Source: Octopus bimaculoides (Eukaryota). From it: a stretch of 64,000 nt of DNA. Positions 13,096-26,999 of this stretch are shown one piece after another. Below the pieces are notes generated by a model. It was not told the DNA's origin, searched no databases, and worked only from the letters and a program-made list of their open reading frames with translations. The position numbers and the translations under genes are program-made. Where the stretch lies: contig NC_068990.1 of NCBI RefSeq assembly GCF_001194135.2, positions 72,827,591 to 72,891,590 on the forward strand, in the 5' to 3' direction. The stretch's first letter is position 1; each line of letters begins with the position of its first letter.

Positions 13096-13554
13096 TCTTA
13101 TTTCTCTCATGGTGTATTTCTTTAAAATGCAAACTAGTGTGAATGTATAATTAATGTTATTTATAGCAAAAAAAAAAAACAAAAACATTTATCACCTGTA
13201 TTTTTTTTTTTTTTACTCTGAAGTAACTTATATCAATTTTTTATCCACTTCACAGTACTTGATAATTTAGATACAAAAATGGAGAGAAATATTTTTTTTG
13301 TATATTATAAATCAATTTTAGTTAAATGTCATCCTTCCACACACCACGTTTTGTTATTTCTGATTTGTTTTAAATTTATGATGCAGAAACACATATGTCG
13401 AAATGGAGTGGGAAGCGAGGCAGGATGCTAAATGCTTCCTGACTAGAACTCGGTTTTGTTATTGTGAAATGAAAAAGATACCAAATAATAAATAAAGACT
13501 GCTCTTGTTTAGAGACAGGGTTAATTTTCTTAGTGTATTGTTATGAGATGGCAA

Positions 13555-14560
13555 TGAATGAAAGAACGAAAGGAAGAAAGAACAGAATAAAGAATGAAAG
13601 AAAAAGAAGATAGAAGGAAGGAAGGAAGGGAGGAAGGAAGGAAACAGAAAGAGAGAAGGAAAGAAAGGAAGGAAAGAAGGTAAAGAGGAAGGAAAGCAAA
13701 AGAAAAGAAAAGAGGAGAGAAGGAAAAGAAAGAAAAGAGAAAGAAAGGAAGGAGGGAGGGAAAAAAGAAATGAAGGAAAGAGAGAAGGAAAACCAAAGAA
13801 AGATGGAAAGAGGGAGAGAAAGAAAAGAAGGAAAGAAAGAGAAAGAAAAGAAGGAAAGAAAGAGAAAGAAAAGAAGGAAAGAAAGAGAAAGAAAAACAAA
13901 GAAAAAGAAAAGGGAAGAAAGAGAAAGAAAGGAAAGAAAGACGGCAGGGAGGGAAGGAAGGAAAAAGAAAGAGAAATGGACACACTATAAGCAAATGAGG
14001 AAGATAAAAACAAAAATAGTAAGCAAGAGTAAAAAGGAGTTAGAGTAAGAACTGAAAGAGAGGAAGAAATAATGAAAATATGGAGAATGGAATAAGTATG
14101 TTTAAAGAAAAAGAAATGGCAAATAGAAGGAATAAATTGAAGAAAAGAAAACTGGGAAAGGAATGATAAAAAAAAATATGAATAATGACAAGGAAAAAGG
14201 TAGAATGTGTGGAAGAAAGAATGAATAAGTTAAAGATAAAAAAAATAATAAAGAATGGTTGTAAGAGAAAGGTGAATGAGTGAAATAAATAACTGGCAAG
14301 TAATGAGTGAGTGAAAGATGAAGGATGGAATAAAAATGGGAGATAGAAATAAAAAAAACAGAAGCAAGAAAATATAAGAAAATAAAAAAATGGAAAAGCA
14401 GAATGAGTAAAATGAAAGAAAAAAAGATACATAAAAGCAAGAAGGTCAAAAAAATAAAATCAAAATGAAAGAAGGTGGCAGAAAGATGAAGACAGTTGAT
14501 GAAAAAGGAAGATGAAGAGGATAAAGAGAGCAAAGGTAAAAAAAAACTGAAGATGAAAAA
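13555..14560 (+). repeat. ~1-kb purine-rich low-complexity tract (GAAA/GGAA)
   Basis: 13555-13975 is almost pure A/G. The second half is A/G-rich with scattered pyrimidines. Confidence 0.95.
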
Positions 14561-14569
14561 TATATTAAG

Positions 14570-15680
14570 ACTACCCCGCCCCACTGCCCAGCCCTCTCTA
14601 TGATGTATTACATGAGGTGGAGGTTGTTGTCAATAGACCTGTCTGCGATGGCACATGTTTGTGCATCACTAATCAGACCACTGCCGACAAGTGCCAACCT
14701 CCTTGACAAGACCTTGGCCAAAATTCTGGAATCGACATTTAGCACAGTTATGGGCTGACGATTTATCAGTGTGATCATCCTTGTTAGGGTCCTTTCTCAG
14801 CAGCAGTACCCTCACTACTTGACTCATAGAACGGGGGGGGGGGGTCCTTTCTGTTCTCTTTTAATTGTTTGGGAGCTTTCAGTTGTTGTTTGTGATATAG
14901 CACTTGTTGATGACAATGTTCCTTCCTTTGTTTTTGTTGTTCTTGCTTCCTTAGTGTTTGCTTTGGTTGCAGTTGGTTTTAGTGCTGCAGCTGCTGTCAT
15001 TGTTGCAGTTGCGATCACAAACTGCTCCGGTTTTTGTTGCTGCTATGGAGGTGTCCTTTTTTTTTTTTTCCTGTGGTCAGAAAGCTTTGAGATGGTTTTT
15101 GTCACCATAGAAGTGCCATCTTGACTTTCTGCACTCAACAGCCACATACAATTGTTGTGAGTCATCTGGAATATTGTTTAGGTTCAGAGAATATTCCATG
15201 CTTCGGTGATACATTTGAAATAATAGCTTGGCCCAGCAATTTTCTTTCTCTAACCTCTGGATTCATTGAATATCAATTTAGTCTTCGATGTCAATGAAAA
15301 CAGCTGCCACCAGGCAGCTAAGTGTTTACTACTAGGAGCAAATCTACTATCTTTATTCTTACTACTCTATGGCCAAAGTAGATTGCTACCAAGATTAGTT
15401 CGTTACTCCTTAGGGTTGTTGTGGAGTGCTTCCTGGCTTCATCTGCTGTTGGGAATCTCACCTATATTGAGCTGTAATTTTTTTTCCCTGACAACATATG
15501 TTTTAGTGTCCCAGAGGGATCTGAGGCACTTTTCTATTGGCTGCTGTGTTGCCAGCTCTATTTTATTACCTTTGAGCACCTAAACAACAATTTTGAAGCT
15601 GGTTTCTTGCCGAATGGATTCCAGTATGTTTAAGGTTACATCGTGTCCAGATCTCGAAAGCATCTTCTTCACATTTTTTA
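14570..15680 (-). mobile_element. Internally deleted, decayed L1/Tx1-clade LINE (ORF1 remnant fused to RT fragment)
   Basis: Minus strand 14810-14575 reads VLLLRKDPNKDDHTDK/RQPITVLNVDSRILAKVLSRRLALV...DAQTCAIADRSIDNNLHLM*YII, the RT N-terminal motifs RPITLLN.D.KILAK and QT..V.GRSI.DN. Upstream, an ORF1-like segment has a decayed CX2CX4HX4C knuckle (WHFYGDKNHLKAF*P). Confidence 0.85.
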
Positions 15681-16349
15681 AAGTGTGCACACTGAACTAC
15701 AAAAGGAATGATAAGTCAGGCATTAATGTTTGCATAAGTAACAGAAGACATCAGCTCTTTGGCTAGGACTGCATTTTCCAGCATATGAGTCAGATTTTTG
15801 AGACTAAAATTTACAGCCAAAATCAGGTAGGTCTACTTATATGTCAAAATGATTTTGAAGGACCAAAAATTTCATGTGAAATTCAGAAAGAATTGGAAAA
15901 ATAGTGACAATGCTTAAATGTTTACACTACTTGTTTGCACTGTATACAAAGCCAGGAACTACTGCATGTCAACACTCAGCACATTTCACTTGCTGTGATT
16001 CATATGGTAACATGATCAAACCAAGGAACATCTCACACATACCCATACATATATGTATAGACACACACACTCACATAATAGTACAGGAATACATACATGA
16101 AAATTGTAAATTATGATGTGTGTATGTGTCTATTTAATTAATTTCAAAAGAGAAATTAAGAATAAATCAAAATTAACGTCCATCAAGTTATGGAAGTTTG
16201 TGAATGTATATACAGAGATTATTGTTGCAAGCATTAGAAATTAAACTTAATTTGCAAATTGATTGATATAAATCCAAAAACAAGCCATTTATAAATTCAA
16301 ATTCAAAAATAGTTTCATAGAAATATGGAACAACACCCCTACACATGAT

Positions 16350-16398
<49 letters not shown>

Positions 16399-17038
16399 GA
16401 AGTGATAATACACAAACACACACACATTTGTGCAAGTACACTGTTTTACTCACTTGCATTATGTGTAGATGCGTAAAAACACATAAGAGCAAGCTCAGAA
16501 AGCAAATTGTATGAATTGATAAACTATAAAAGATTCAAGTCTTTTATTCTGTGAAATGTGAATGCATGGATGAAATTAATGAGATTATGTTTGAACATAG
16601 GTGGTATCTTAAACACAATCACATTAACAGAGCTCCCATGTTTTGTCACAGTACTAATATACATTAGAAAAGCTGCTGAGAAGTAGTGTTGGAATTAATT
16701 CTAAATTTGTTGGAATCTTATAAAGATTGATAATATGTCTTGTACACATGGAGAACAATAATAGAGTAGGTAATCAAATTATATAATAAAAAATATAGTG
16801 ACACACATGTATACACACATATATATATAAAATGTGTGTGTGTCTGAGTGTGTGTGTATGTGTGTGTATGTGTGTGAGAATATGGAGGGGAAAGTGATAA
16901 GATCACAAACAACTAGCAGTAAGGTTGGCAGCTGCTACCTTAGCAGCAGCAGTACTGCATCATATCCATTGTCAAGTAATATTTCACCTTCAAGGAGCCT
17001 ATCTTGCCTGAGTGGTGCAGGGTAGAAGGCAAACTCAC

Positions 17039-17074
17039 AAGGAATTTGTCACCTTGCAAATCTGAAATGAACAA
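17039..17074 (-). other. Candidate 36-nt frame-preserving mini-exon
   Basis: Long pyrimidine tract CCCCTTTCCTTTTTCTTCTTTTTACTGTAG, exon TTGTTCATTTCAGATTTGCAAGGTGACAAATTCCTT (phase 0: LFISDLQGDKFL), donor GTGAGT. An alternative acceptor lies 13 nt downstream. Confidence 0.3.
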
Positions 17075-19368
17075 CTACAGTAAAAAGAAGAAAAAGGAAA
17101 GGGGTAAATGCTGCACAAGTCCTAAGAACTGAACCAAGATCCTATAATTACCTACATCTGCATTGGTATTGGACACGGGCTGAACATAACAGCTGGTTAA
17201 CTACACACAGTCCATCACACATTAAATATATTATACACTGACATATATCAGTGTGGGATGTCTTGGTTAACTACTAGAAATTCTGTATGAAGATATGTAA
17301 GTTATTTATTAGCATAAATTAGAAATCTCTCTGTCTCTCTCTCCCTCTCTCTGTTAGTCCGTCCTCCAAAGGGAGATAACTCTTATCTTATTGAATTTAT
17401 CTCCCTTAATTACGATATCTATCGGTGTATCTATCTAGTCACACACATATGCACGCGCACACACACATACATACACTAACCAGTGTTACCATATGATAGC
17501 TAACATCAAGTTACGTTTGTAATTAATTCATAGTTAAACAGTAGTATTGTTATTGATAATATATTTATGACCAATATACATTTGAAAAACTTGGTTTATT
17601 TAATTTCATTTTAATTAATAGATATTTGAAAAATTACTGTTCATTTCATCATTTTATATAACCACCATGAAATTTGTTATAATTATGGTACCCTTTTAAC
17701 ATCATCTGTTATTACCTACGTTATCTGTTACTACCTACAAGGGCTAAAGTATATTATCAACATTACTCATCAAATGACAGATAACATTCTGGTATCATTT
17801 ATACTATAGAACATATTATGCTCTCAGGTATATGAAGTCTGAGACAATAAAATAAAGTTATAATATTTTTTTCCATTCAAATCACCATTAAAATAGCTAA
17901 AATATTTTTTATGTAAAATTAAAAAATGCAATTGAAATAATGTTCAGACAAATATTTAAGGTGATGTATTACTTACTAGCTTAAAAAAAAATAAAAGGAC
18001 TTCTATGACTGCTTCTAAAATGAAAATATGATGAAAACTTAATATATTTCTTTGATATGAATTATAGCATTTCATCAATAGAGAATATTGTCTTTGCAGC
18101 AACAGTTACAATGATGTATGGAATGATGCTACGTTATTTATTTGTTCTGAAATCATTAGAAATGACAGCATCAAAGAAATATTTCCTATTAAGAACACAG
18201 CTTTCCTTTGACCAGTAACTGAATTTTAAGCATTAGAAAACTCCCATTGGACCATTTGAAATGAAAAGAAACACAAACATAGACAGCTATTCTCTTTGAT
18301 TATCATGCTGCAACATTTAGTTCAATGTCAGACTTGCATGGCTCTGACCTTGATCTATCATATTCCGATGACTGTTTGGTAAATGAATTATTTTTGCAAA
18401 TATCTACTAACATAATATCCATAATCTACACTGAGTTGGTCACTATCCTATTTGTCTGCTTCATAAAACGCTTCATAGTAAACAACGAAAGCTATTTTCT
18501 CAGTATTGCAAGGCTATCCCTGTACTGGCATCCTTGTATTTATTGTATCTTGTGCAGAAAATTCTAAAATACCAAGTTTACTTAACAACTGAACAAAGTT
18601 AAACAATCTAAATTTTTATTCTATTTTTGAGCTACCCACCAAAACACACTCCTCAAATATTTCTATACATTTTCCAGTTATATCTAGCAATTCAGTGTTT
18701 AACCTGTGACAACCTCATATACAACACAGGATGAATATTATCCTAAAATCAGAATATCAAGATCTGTGAACATATATCTCTATTTAATACATAACAAGTA
18801 TTCAGTCGACAGATCTTGCTGACTTATTAGCAAGTATTCAAAGATGTTACCAGAAACAAGAGAGGAGTCAACTACAATAATTCTAAATATATGACAATTC
18901 TCTGGTAATATGCTAAAAAAAAAAATGAACAAATATCAAGTGTTTTATTTTTTTCTTCAAAATCCAGTATTTCCAACTTAATTTATGTTCTCATGTATAT
19001 AATGTAATTGATTATTCATGAACAAACAATTTCAACACTCTATTTTATTTTAGTTACCATGTGGATTTCACTCTATTTTGGTATATATACACTATAGAGT
19101 TGCCAAGTTAAATCTGATTCAGTAAACAAATAAAACAAAAAAATTTTCAAAAATAAAAAAATTCACTAAGCTCCCAAGCTTCCCTCATCACATCAGCTTG
19201 AGAAGCCTTTTTCTTTTTAATTTTATTCATTTGTGTAGTTTACTCTTTAGAGCCCTAATATTTACATTGTGTCATTGCTGGAAATAAACTTGCATTGGTG
19301 TAACATTTAAAATCAAACTGATTAATAGCAAAGAATTCAAACATGAAATATATACGAAGAGATTTTAT

Positions 19369-19403
<35 letters not shown>

Positions 19404-22400
19404 CATAAAGCATTTAATCTGTAATTTTTAAAGGCTTTAAAAGAAATCTCAACTTAGATTTTAACGGCTAATTTACATGAATTAACTTATTAGTTTTGGT
19501 AGTTAGGATGCTAATATTCTGTAAAATGTCCAAGTGAAAAAGCTCAGTATTGTGGTCTCAATGAGTTCTTAATTCAAGTAAACTTTGTGATAGGTCACAG
19601 ATACAGTCTCTTTTCTCTCCCTCCACCCATTCCATTTTTCTTCCTTGCTCATCTTGGCACTTATTCAGACAATAATTTAATTAGTACAATTATTTTCACA
19701 AGTCAGTAACACTGGTCTTTTGTCTACAATCTAGCAGAACAACAAGAGGCAACTTTCAAACTTAACTGAAAAGCTGGACATTTTAAGGAAAGAGATATAT
19801 ATCCACATTTGAAATTGTGCCAATAGCAACATTAGACATGGTTAGTGCAGTTAAATTGTATTTGTTGTCTCAGACAATCAGTGAATGAGAGGATTATCAT
19901 TTAACAGACACACACACATACATATACAATACTTTTAGACTCATCAAATATTAAGAGGTACATGAAATGCTACAAAATGTAGAGTTACAAGCCCAAATGG
20001 CCATAAACAAGCACGCATTTATTCAACCTTGCCAAGGTCAGATGGAAACATCAATATATTGATTTCAGTAAAATGATCATAGATTAGTTTAAGCTGAGTA
20101 GCATAGTTCATCTGGAGTCCAGGTCTAAAAGTTATTTGGTGGGGGCCAATTCATATTTTAGCTTCAACAGACCTCAACAAGATATGCTATTTTTATTAGA
20201 AAATCCCTAAGTAAGTAGGCATTGTTTGTGGAATAGAAACGAGACACCAAAATCTTGGAAGGCTGCCACAAGGATTTTAAACACTGGTCATTAGCATATG
20301 AGAAACAGACCAGGCAACCCATATCAAAACAGCTGGTGGCATACTGACCTTAGAAATGGAATATCCTGAATTATAAAAGTTATTTTTTTTGTTTTCTTAT
20401 TTTCTTAATTTTCTTTCTTTTTAATATTAACATTCCGTTTAAAGGTCTAGCCCTTGATTTTATTTAGAATTCATACAAAATATTTCAAAAATCTGATGTA
20501 ATATTTTAAGATATAAACAATCAGTTGATTATAATTTCATAAAGTAATATTCATGAAATATAGCATAAAGATTAAATCCAATAGTATGTCAACCAGTTTT
20601 ATATATTGTACAAAATGCAATGAAAATATATCATGCTCAACAGAAGAAAAACAAACAACAAATAAACCAAATTAAACATTAGGAAAATTTTAAAAAATCA
20701 TTTCATATAGTGAGCTACAACAAATGTCATAAAGCCTATTTAACAAATTTCTTCAGACATATAGAATTTGTAATCCAATGATTTTTTTTTTTTATCCTCA
20801 AGAAATTATATTTTCATTCAATATCTTGATAAATTGATATGAAGTCTCTCTGCTATACAGTTTATCTTTACAATTTTTATATTGTATCGTATTTAATGAT
20901 ATGCTTAAGTTCATAATACTTAAGCTATAAAAACTAAAAAGATCAGCTTATGGCATTAATGTTAGGATAGGTTTTCCTTAATGCACAATATGAAAGTTTT
21001 GTTTCATAGAAAATGAAACTTACTCAAAATAGAAATAATAAAACAAAATGAATAATTGAATTTTCTAGTGCAAGGCTTTAGCACTTTAAACCCAAATTAT
21101 TGTTAATAATCAGCTTTTAATATATATTGAAGAACTACATTTAGTCAAGTTGGTTGTGTATTAGCTTCCCAAACATAAAAATCCATAGTTAAGGTTCCTT
21201 TACTTGGACTACACTGTCATTGACAAAGACAATTCTTAATATACAAGACTATTCAATCAAATAGCCTAGTTGACCTAGAAGTAAGCAGTTATCATAGAGA
21301 ATATGTGAATATGCAATAAATTCTTAACAAGTTCTACAGCTCTTGTTTTAATTCTTCATTTAAATAGCTTTACATACTGTTCAACTTACAACTTCTGCTA
21401 TGCACAATACTTCAAAGCTTCATAACAACTGAAGGAACTACAATTAAAATGCGGCAAAATTGCAATAGCCATGCAAATAAAGTAACGAATAACTGTCGAC
21501 TTCCAGTTAGATGATTTTTGCTCTGCTAAAGGTGTGAGTATGAATTCTCCAAGTAAGCACAAGGCATTAGATATTTAGGACTGGGAGATGATATTTCATT
21601 AGGTTTTTACAAGTTTTCCATAGCCAACATCCTCAACTTTATTTGTCAATTATCACTGAGAGGTGTATTAAGCTAGTTAATGAAGTAGGCTTACTAACTC
21701 AAAACCCTGTATAGTGATATACAGCCTGGAGAAAAAAAAAATAAAAGCACTTTGCCAAGAGATCATCATGCTTAATTTAGAAAGCAAGTGTTATGCTTGA
21801 ACATATAAGGTATCAGACTCCGAACTATACAGACATTAATTTTTACACAATAGACATTTACTGTGTTCCTGCTCACGATATTAAGACCAATGTGACCAAA
21901 ACTTCATGCCACTTTAACAATCATTAATTATCAAGTAATTTACTGTAAATGCGCATATACATGTAGGTGAAAGGTACACATAGAGTGTACAAGCATTTGC
22001 GAACTGTATATGTGAGTGTGAGTACGCATGCATACAGACAGACAGATCGATAGATAGAGACAGACAGAAAGAGCATGAAATTATTATATGTATATGTATA
22101 TATTTACAAAGGAAGCATTATTTTTCCGATGTACAAATAAATCCAGATTGATTTGCAATGCAAGACAATTTTACAAGTGATGATTCCAAATGACCAGACA
22201 TCAATATGAAGCAAACTTTAAATTCTGCAGGTCAAATATTTCTTCTGCATTTTAGTTTATTTAGAATGAAATATGCTACTGGTACTTAGTTGCTTGGTTA
22301 CGTAAAAATAAAATGGCTAAGATTATCCTAAACTGTAAAATGATTAAAATAGGACATAAAGAAGAAATTAGCAGAGATTTTAGTGTTTTAGTACTTTACT

Positions 22401-23415
22401 TTTTGTTATTTTTTCTCTGAATTAATAATACTACTTAGATGTTTTTTGTAAGAAATATAGAGAAATAAAGATTTACCATTTCCTAAAGAAAAAAAAAATT
22501 ATCCCAAGTTAATGCTTACAGCATCAGTAACATTCACTATTGGAAAGTAAACCTTTCTAGCCAAAACAATCGAGTTGTTTCTTACACTAAACTTTATTAT
22601 AGGTTTATACTATATCATACTACATATTGAACCAGTATTGTTTTTTATCAAATTAAAATATCTTCAATTTATTCCTCTGCAATTTCTATGGGCCAATTTA
22701 CTTGTAATTCAACGAAATTCATGACAGAAAGCATTACCTGGAAATGTTGCTTGTGCAAATTATAAGACAGTAACATAATAGTATATATTCTGTGATAGTA
22801 GGAGTTTTAGTATGCTAAGGCAGAATCGGTCAGATATTGTGACATTGTGGTTGCATGAAAGTTTCATATTTAAAAAGAGACCTGCTCCCACAGAAACTGA
22901 GATTTAAAAACTGAGACATGGTTAATATGAATAGGCTTGGTTTTATGAAAGTAAAAAAAAAAAAAAGTTAGCAGACAAGTGTAACAAAGAATTTATATGC
23001 AAAGACAAGCAGGAAGGGTAAAAGTGCACACACACACATACACAATGTTGGTAAAGGCAAAAGAGGAGAATTTGGTAGGTTGATTAGTATCGGTGTAGAT
23101 GTAAAGTTCATTTGTACAAGAAGCAAAGAAGATTTACAGAAGATGATAGAGAATTCTTCAAATGGAACACTGATGATGAGCAGACAACTTAGTGCTGTAG
23201 ATTGAATTCTATGTTCTTTTGTTTGTTTTTTTTTTACTTCCTTTTATTTTGCTTTTATTTATCATTATTTTTGATACACTAGCAGCTTAAAGCTTTAACC
23301 ACTCTTAGAATGAAAAGAGAGAAATATTAAAAGAAAAAAAAAATGCAAAATTTTTTTTGTGAGGACTTTAATAAGTTTAATTAAACCAATTTCAAACTAT
23401 AAATTATTTCTTGAA

Positions 23416-24302
23416 NNNNNNNNNNNNNNNNNNNNNNNNNNNNNNNNNNNNNNNNNNNNNNNNNNNNNNNNNNNNNNNNNNNNNNNNNNNNNNNNNNNNN
23501 NNNNNNNNNNNNNNNNNNNNNNNNNNNNNNNNNNNNNNNNNNNNNNNNNNNNNNNNNNNNNNNNNNNNNNNNNNNNNNNNNNNNNNNNNNNNNNNNNNNN
23601 NNNNNNNNNNNNNNNNNNNNNNNNNNNNNNNNNNNNNNNNNNNNNNNNNNNNNNNNNNNNNNNNNNNNNNNNNNNNNNNNNNNNNNNNNNNNNNNNNNNN
23701 NNNNNNNNNNNNNNNNNNNNNNNNNNNNNNNNNNNNNNNNNNNNNNNNNNNNNNNNNNNNNNNNNNNNNNNNNNNNNNNNNNNNNNNNNNNNNNNNNNNN
23801 NNNNNNNNNNNNNNNNNNNNNNNNNNNNNNNNNNNNNNNNNNNNNNNNNNNNNNNNNNNNNNNNNNNNNNNNNNNNNNNNNNNNNNNNNNNNNNNNNNNN
23901 NNNNNNNNNNNNNNNNNNNNNNNNNNNNNNNNNNNNNNNNNNNNNNNNNNNNNNNNNNNNNNNNNNNNNNNNNNNNNNNNNNNNNNNNNNNNNNNNNNNN
24001 NNNNNNNNNNNNNNNNNNNNNNNNNNNNNNNNNNNNNNNNNNNNNNNNNNNNNNNNNNNNNNNNNNNNNNNNNNNNNNNNNNNNNNNNNNNNNNNNNNNN
24101 NNNNNNNNNNNNNNNNNNNNNNNNNNNNNNNNNNNNNNNNNNNNNNNNNNNNNNNNNNNNNNNNNNNNNNNNNNNNNNNNNNNNNNNNNNNNNNNNNNNN
24201 NNNNNNNNNNNNNNNNNNNNNNNNNNNNNNNNNNNNNNNNNNNNNNNNNNNNNNNNNNNNNNNNNNNNNNNNNNNNNNNNNNNNNNNNNNNNNNNNNNNN
24301 NN
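23416..24302. other. Assembly gap
   Basis: N run followed by (TA)n. Confidence 0.99.
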
Positions 24303-24353
<51 letters not shown>

Positions 24354-25244
24354 TGCTTTTGTTTTTCTATGTATAAAATCATCACAGTGCTTAGACTGGG
24401 AAACAGTAACAGGTTTGCAATATGCTTCAGTATCAACATCATTATTATTTATTTTCGATAAGCTCATTTTTTAACTGTATGCCTGTTTGTGTGTAATATA
24501 TAAATACATGTGTGTGTGTGTGTGCGTGTGTGCGTAATACATACATATGTTTGCGTGTATATGCATGCATGTGCACATGTGTAACTATAGTCTGAACATT
24601 AAATGCTCTGAAAAGTTCATTCATCAAAGTGAACTCTGAGATACAACAGCAACATTTTTTTGCATTTTACAGAGTAGCAACAGTAGTAGTAATAATAGAA
24701 GTAGTAGCAGTAATAAAAGTCTTTTGTTAAAATTATACATAAATGAAACTTAAGACAAATGAGAAACAAACAAACTTTATATCTGACGGCCAACGTAACA
24801 GAAAACTATAACGATCGTAAACTACCTGACTTCAAGCTGTATGATAAATAATTCAAAATAATGAGATGCCTATAAAAAAAAATGTAGTGATTTTGTTAGC
24901 ATATAAATATTGTTGTGCCTCAGTTCTTCTACTTCATAAGGATACCAAATATTAAAATTAGTAAGCCTCTATTGAATACAATGTATGTTTATTATTAATC
25001 TTTAAATTTTCTTTCTGACAAAAATGAATATAAAATATCACTTTAGAATTAAGGAGAACCACTTAACTTTATATTTAAAATTAGTGAATGAAATTTACTT
25101 TTTTTTAAAAAAAGAAATATTGAAATTTTATTCTAATGGGAAATTGATTTTTAAAGCATCTCTAGATTTTAATCAATTTCTCTTTTTGTTTTGTTTCTAT
25201 TTCCCTTTTTTTAATTTTTATAATTTTTTTTTTTTTCAGTGCAG

Positions 25245-25262
25245 ATATTGAGGGACATATTG
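25245..25262 (+). other. Candidate 18-nt microexon
   Basis: Long U-tract then CAGTGCAG|ATATTGAGGGACATATTG|GTATGT. Phase 1-1, open (D-I-E-G-H-I-G). The upstream CAG at 25237-25239 would give a 23-nt exon. Confidence 0.35.
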
Positions 25263-26960
25263 GTATGTATCTTAATTATTGCAAAACTTTCAAAAGAATG
25301 TTATATATCAAGTAGAAAAAGTGCAGAAAGTTGAATATGGAAAGGTAAATTAGAGTTAGACTATGGAGAAATTTTAAATGTTGCAGTTAAATTGGATCAT
25401 TTTGTTGAAATGAAAATGGTTAAGAGTGAATAGGAAGAACTTGTTCAGAAGATACTTCTAACTCATATCAGTGTAGGAAACTTGTAAAAGTGGTGAGGAA
25501 GAATTTACAAAATGACTTGATGCATCTGGTGTGTTTCTAAAGTGCAAAACATTTAAACTTACATACACAATAAATACAAATTTTAATAGGACACAAAGGT
25601 GTTTAAAGACATAAGTAAAATGACTGACGAAGCCTCACAAAGTGTAACTACTAGATACAGATGTCAAAAGCTTTATGGCAACTGATTGATGTAATATCTT
25701 GAATATCTAAAATTATTACAAGTAGAAAAGGAAAACAAAAATAATCCTATGGAAAGTAGTTTTCTTGCAATAAAATAAAAATAAAGTCACATTTACATTT
25801 TATCCATTTAAATTACAACTATAAATTTTACTTTTTTTTTAAACTAGAAACATCTTGGATTTCAAATTCAAAGATTAATGAAGTAGAGCAAAATAATTCC
25901 ACATAAAATTTATCAACTAAATTATTTCAATTCTTTATCATATTATTCAAGTGGATTAAAATTAATTCATGACAAAACTATATAATCTATGAAGAGCAGC
26001 CACCATGAATTCTTCAACAACAAATAGACAGATAAACTCCTCAAAAAAAAAAGAAAAAGCCAGCACCAGAAATATTAGCAATACTACCACAAGAATAACA
26101 ATAAAAATATATCAACATTAAAAAAGAAAAAAAAATGAAGTTAATAGAAACTTGGAGCAGATTTTAGTAATTGTTACAACAACAATAATGATTTTAACCC
26201 CTATGTCATGATCAATAAACTTTTCAAGGTATTTCTATTAAAATGGTGTATAAATAGAACACTTATTAATACAATTTCCTTTCTATTTCTAGTTGGCCTT
26301 TATCTACAAAATCAAAACTATGTATAAAATATCTATAAGTATTTTAAGTAGAATTGTTTTAGTCTGTATGTGTGTGTTCTGATCAAAATATATTTCACAC
26401 TGTAGAAATTAAATTTAAAGAAAATACACTACAAAGTAAAATGAATATTTAACACACTGAAATCAAAAGAACGTTTTCATTAATGTCATAGTTATGGTTT
26501 TACCTTCACATAAATATATAACTTGTTAAAACAGCTCCTGTTCTCAGAAAATATTTCTGAAAGTAAGGATTCACTTAAAGGTTTTTTTCAATAGCCACTT
26601 CTCAGAAACTTTCACTTTAATGAATAATTTTCCAAATGATTCATACCAATGCAGAAAAACAGTTTAAATGTATGCATGAAATTGTTAATTTAGAAGGAAG
26701 TAAATAAATGTAATCAACAAAGGACTTTAAACTCTCTGCCGATTATAATATTTGATAGTTTTGTAGAAAGAATAATAGGAGATTTTGAATTATGAATTTA
26801 TTTCCTAAATCAAAAAACTTTTGCCTGCATGAAAAATTTTGTTCATTTTAGGCAAATGAAATAACTATTTTGATCACTGTCTTGAAATTCTTTCAGTATT
26901 TAAGTTGTTTGGCTCATAAAATTATGGAATGACAGAGATAAAAAACTTAAAGAAATTACA

Positions 26961-26999
<39 letters not shown>

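Noticed and set aside
13459-14584. F/S/L-rich and K/E/R-rich ORFs up to 184 aa
   Set aside because: Translation of the polypurine tract, which lacks stop codons by composition.
14824-15018. Mucin-like Thr-rich ORF as a host gene exon
   Set aside because: It lies between a decayed zinc knuckle and RT motifs, so it is the linker of a LINE ORF1.
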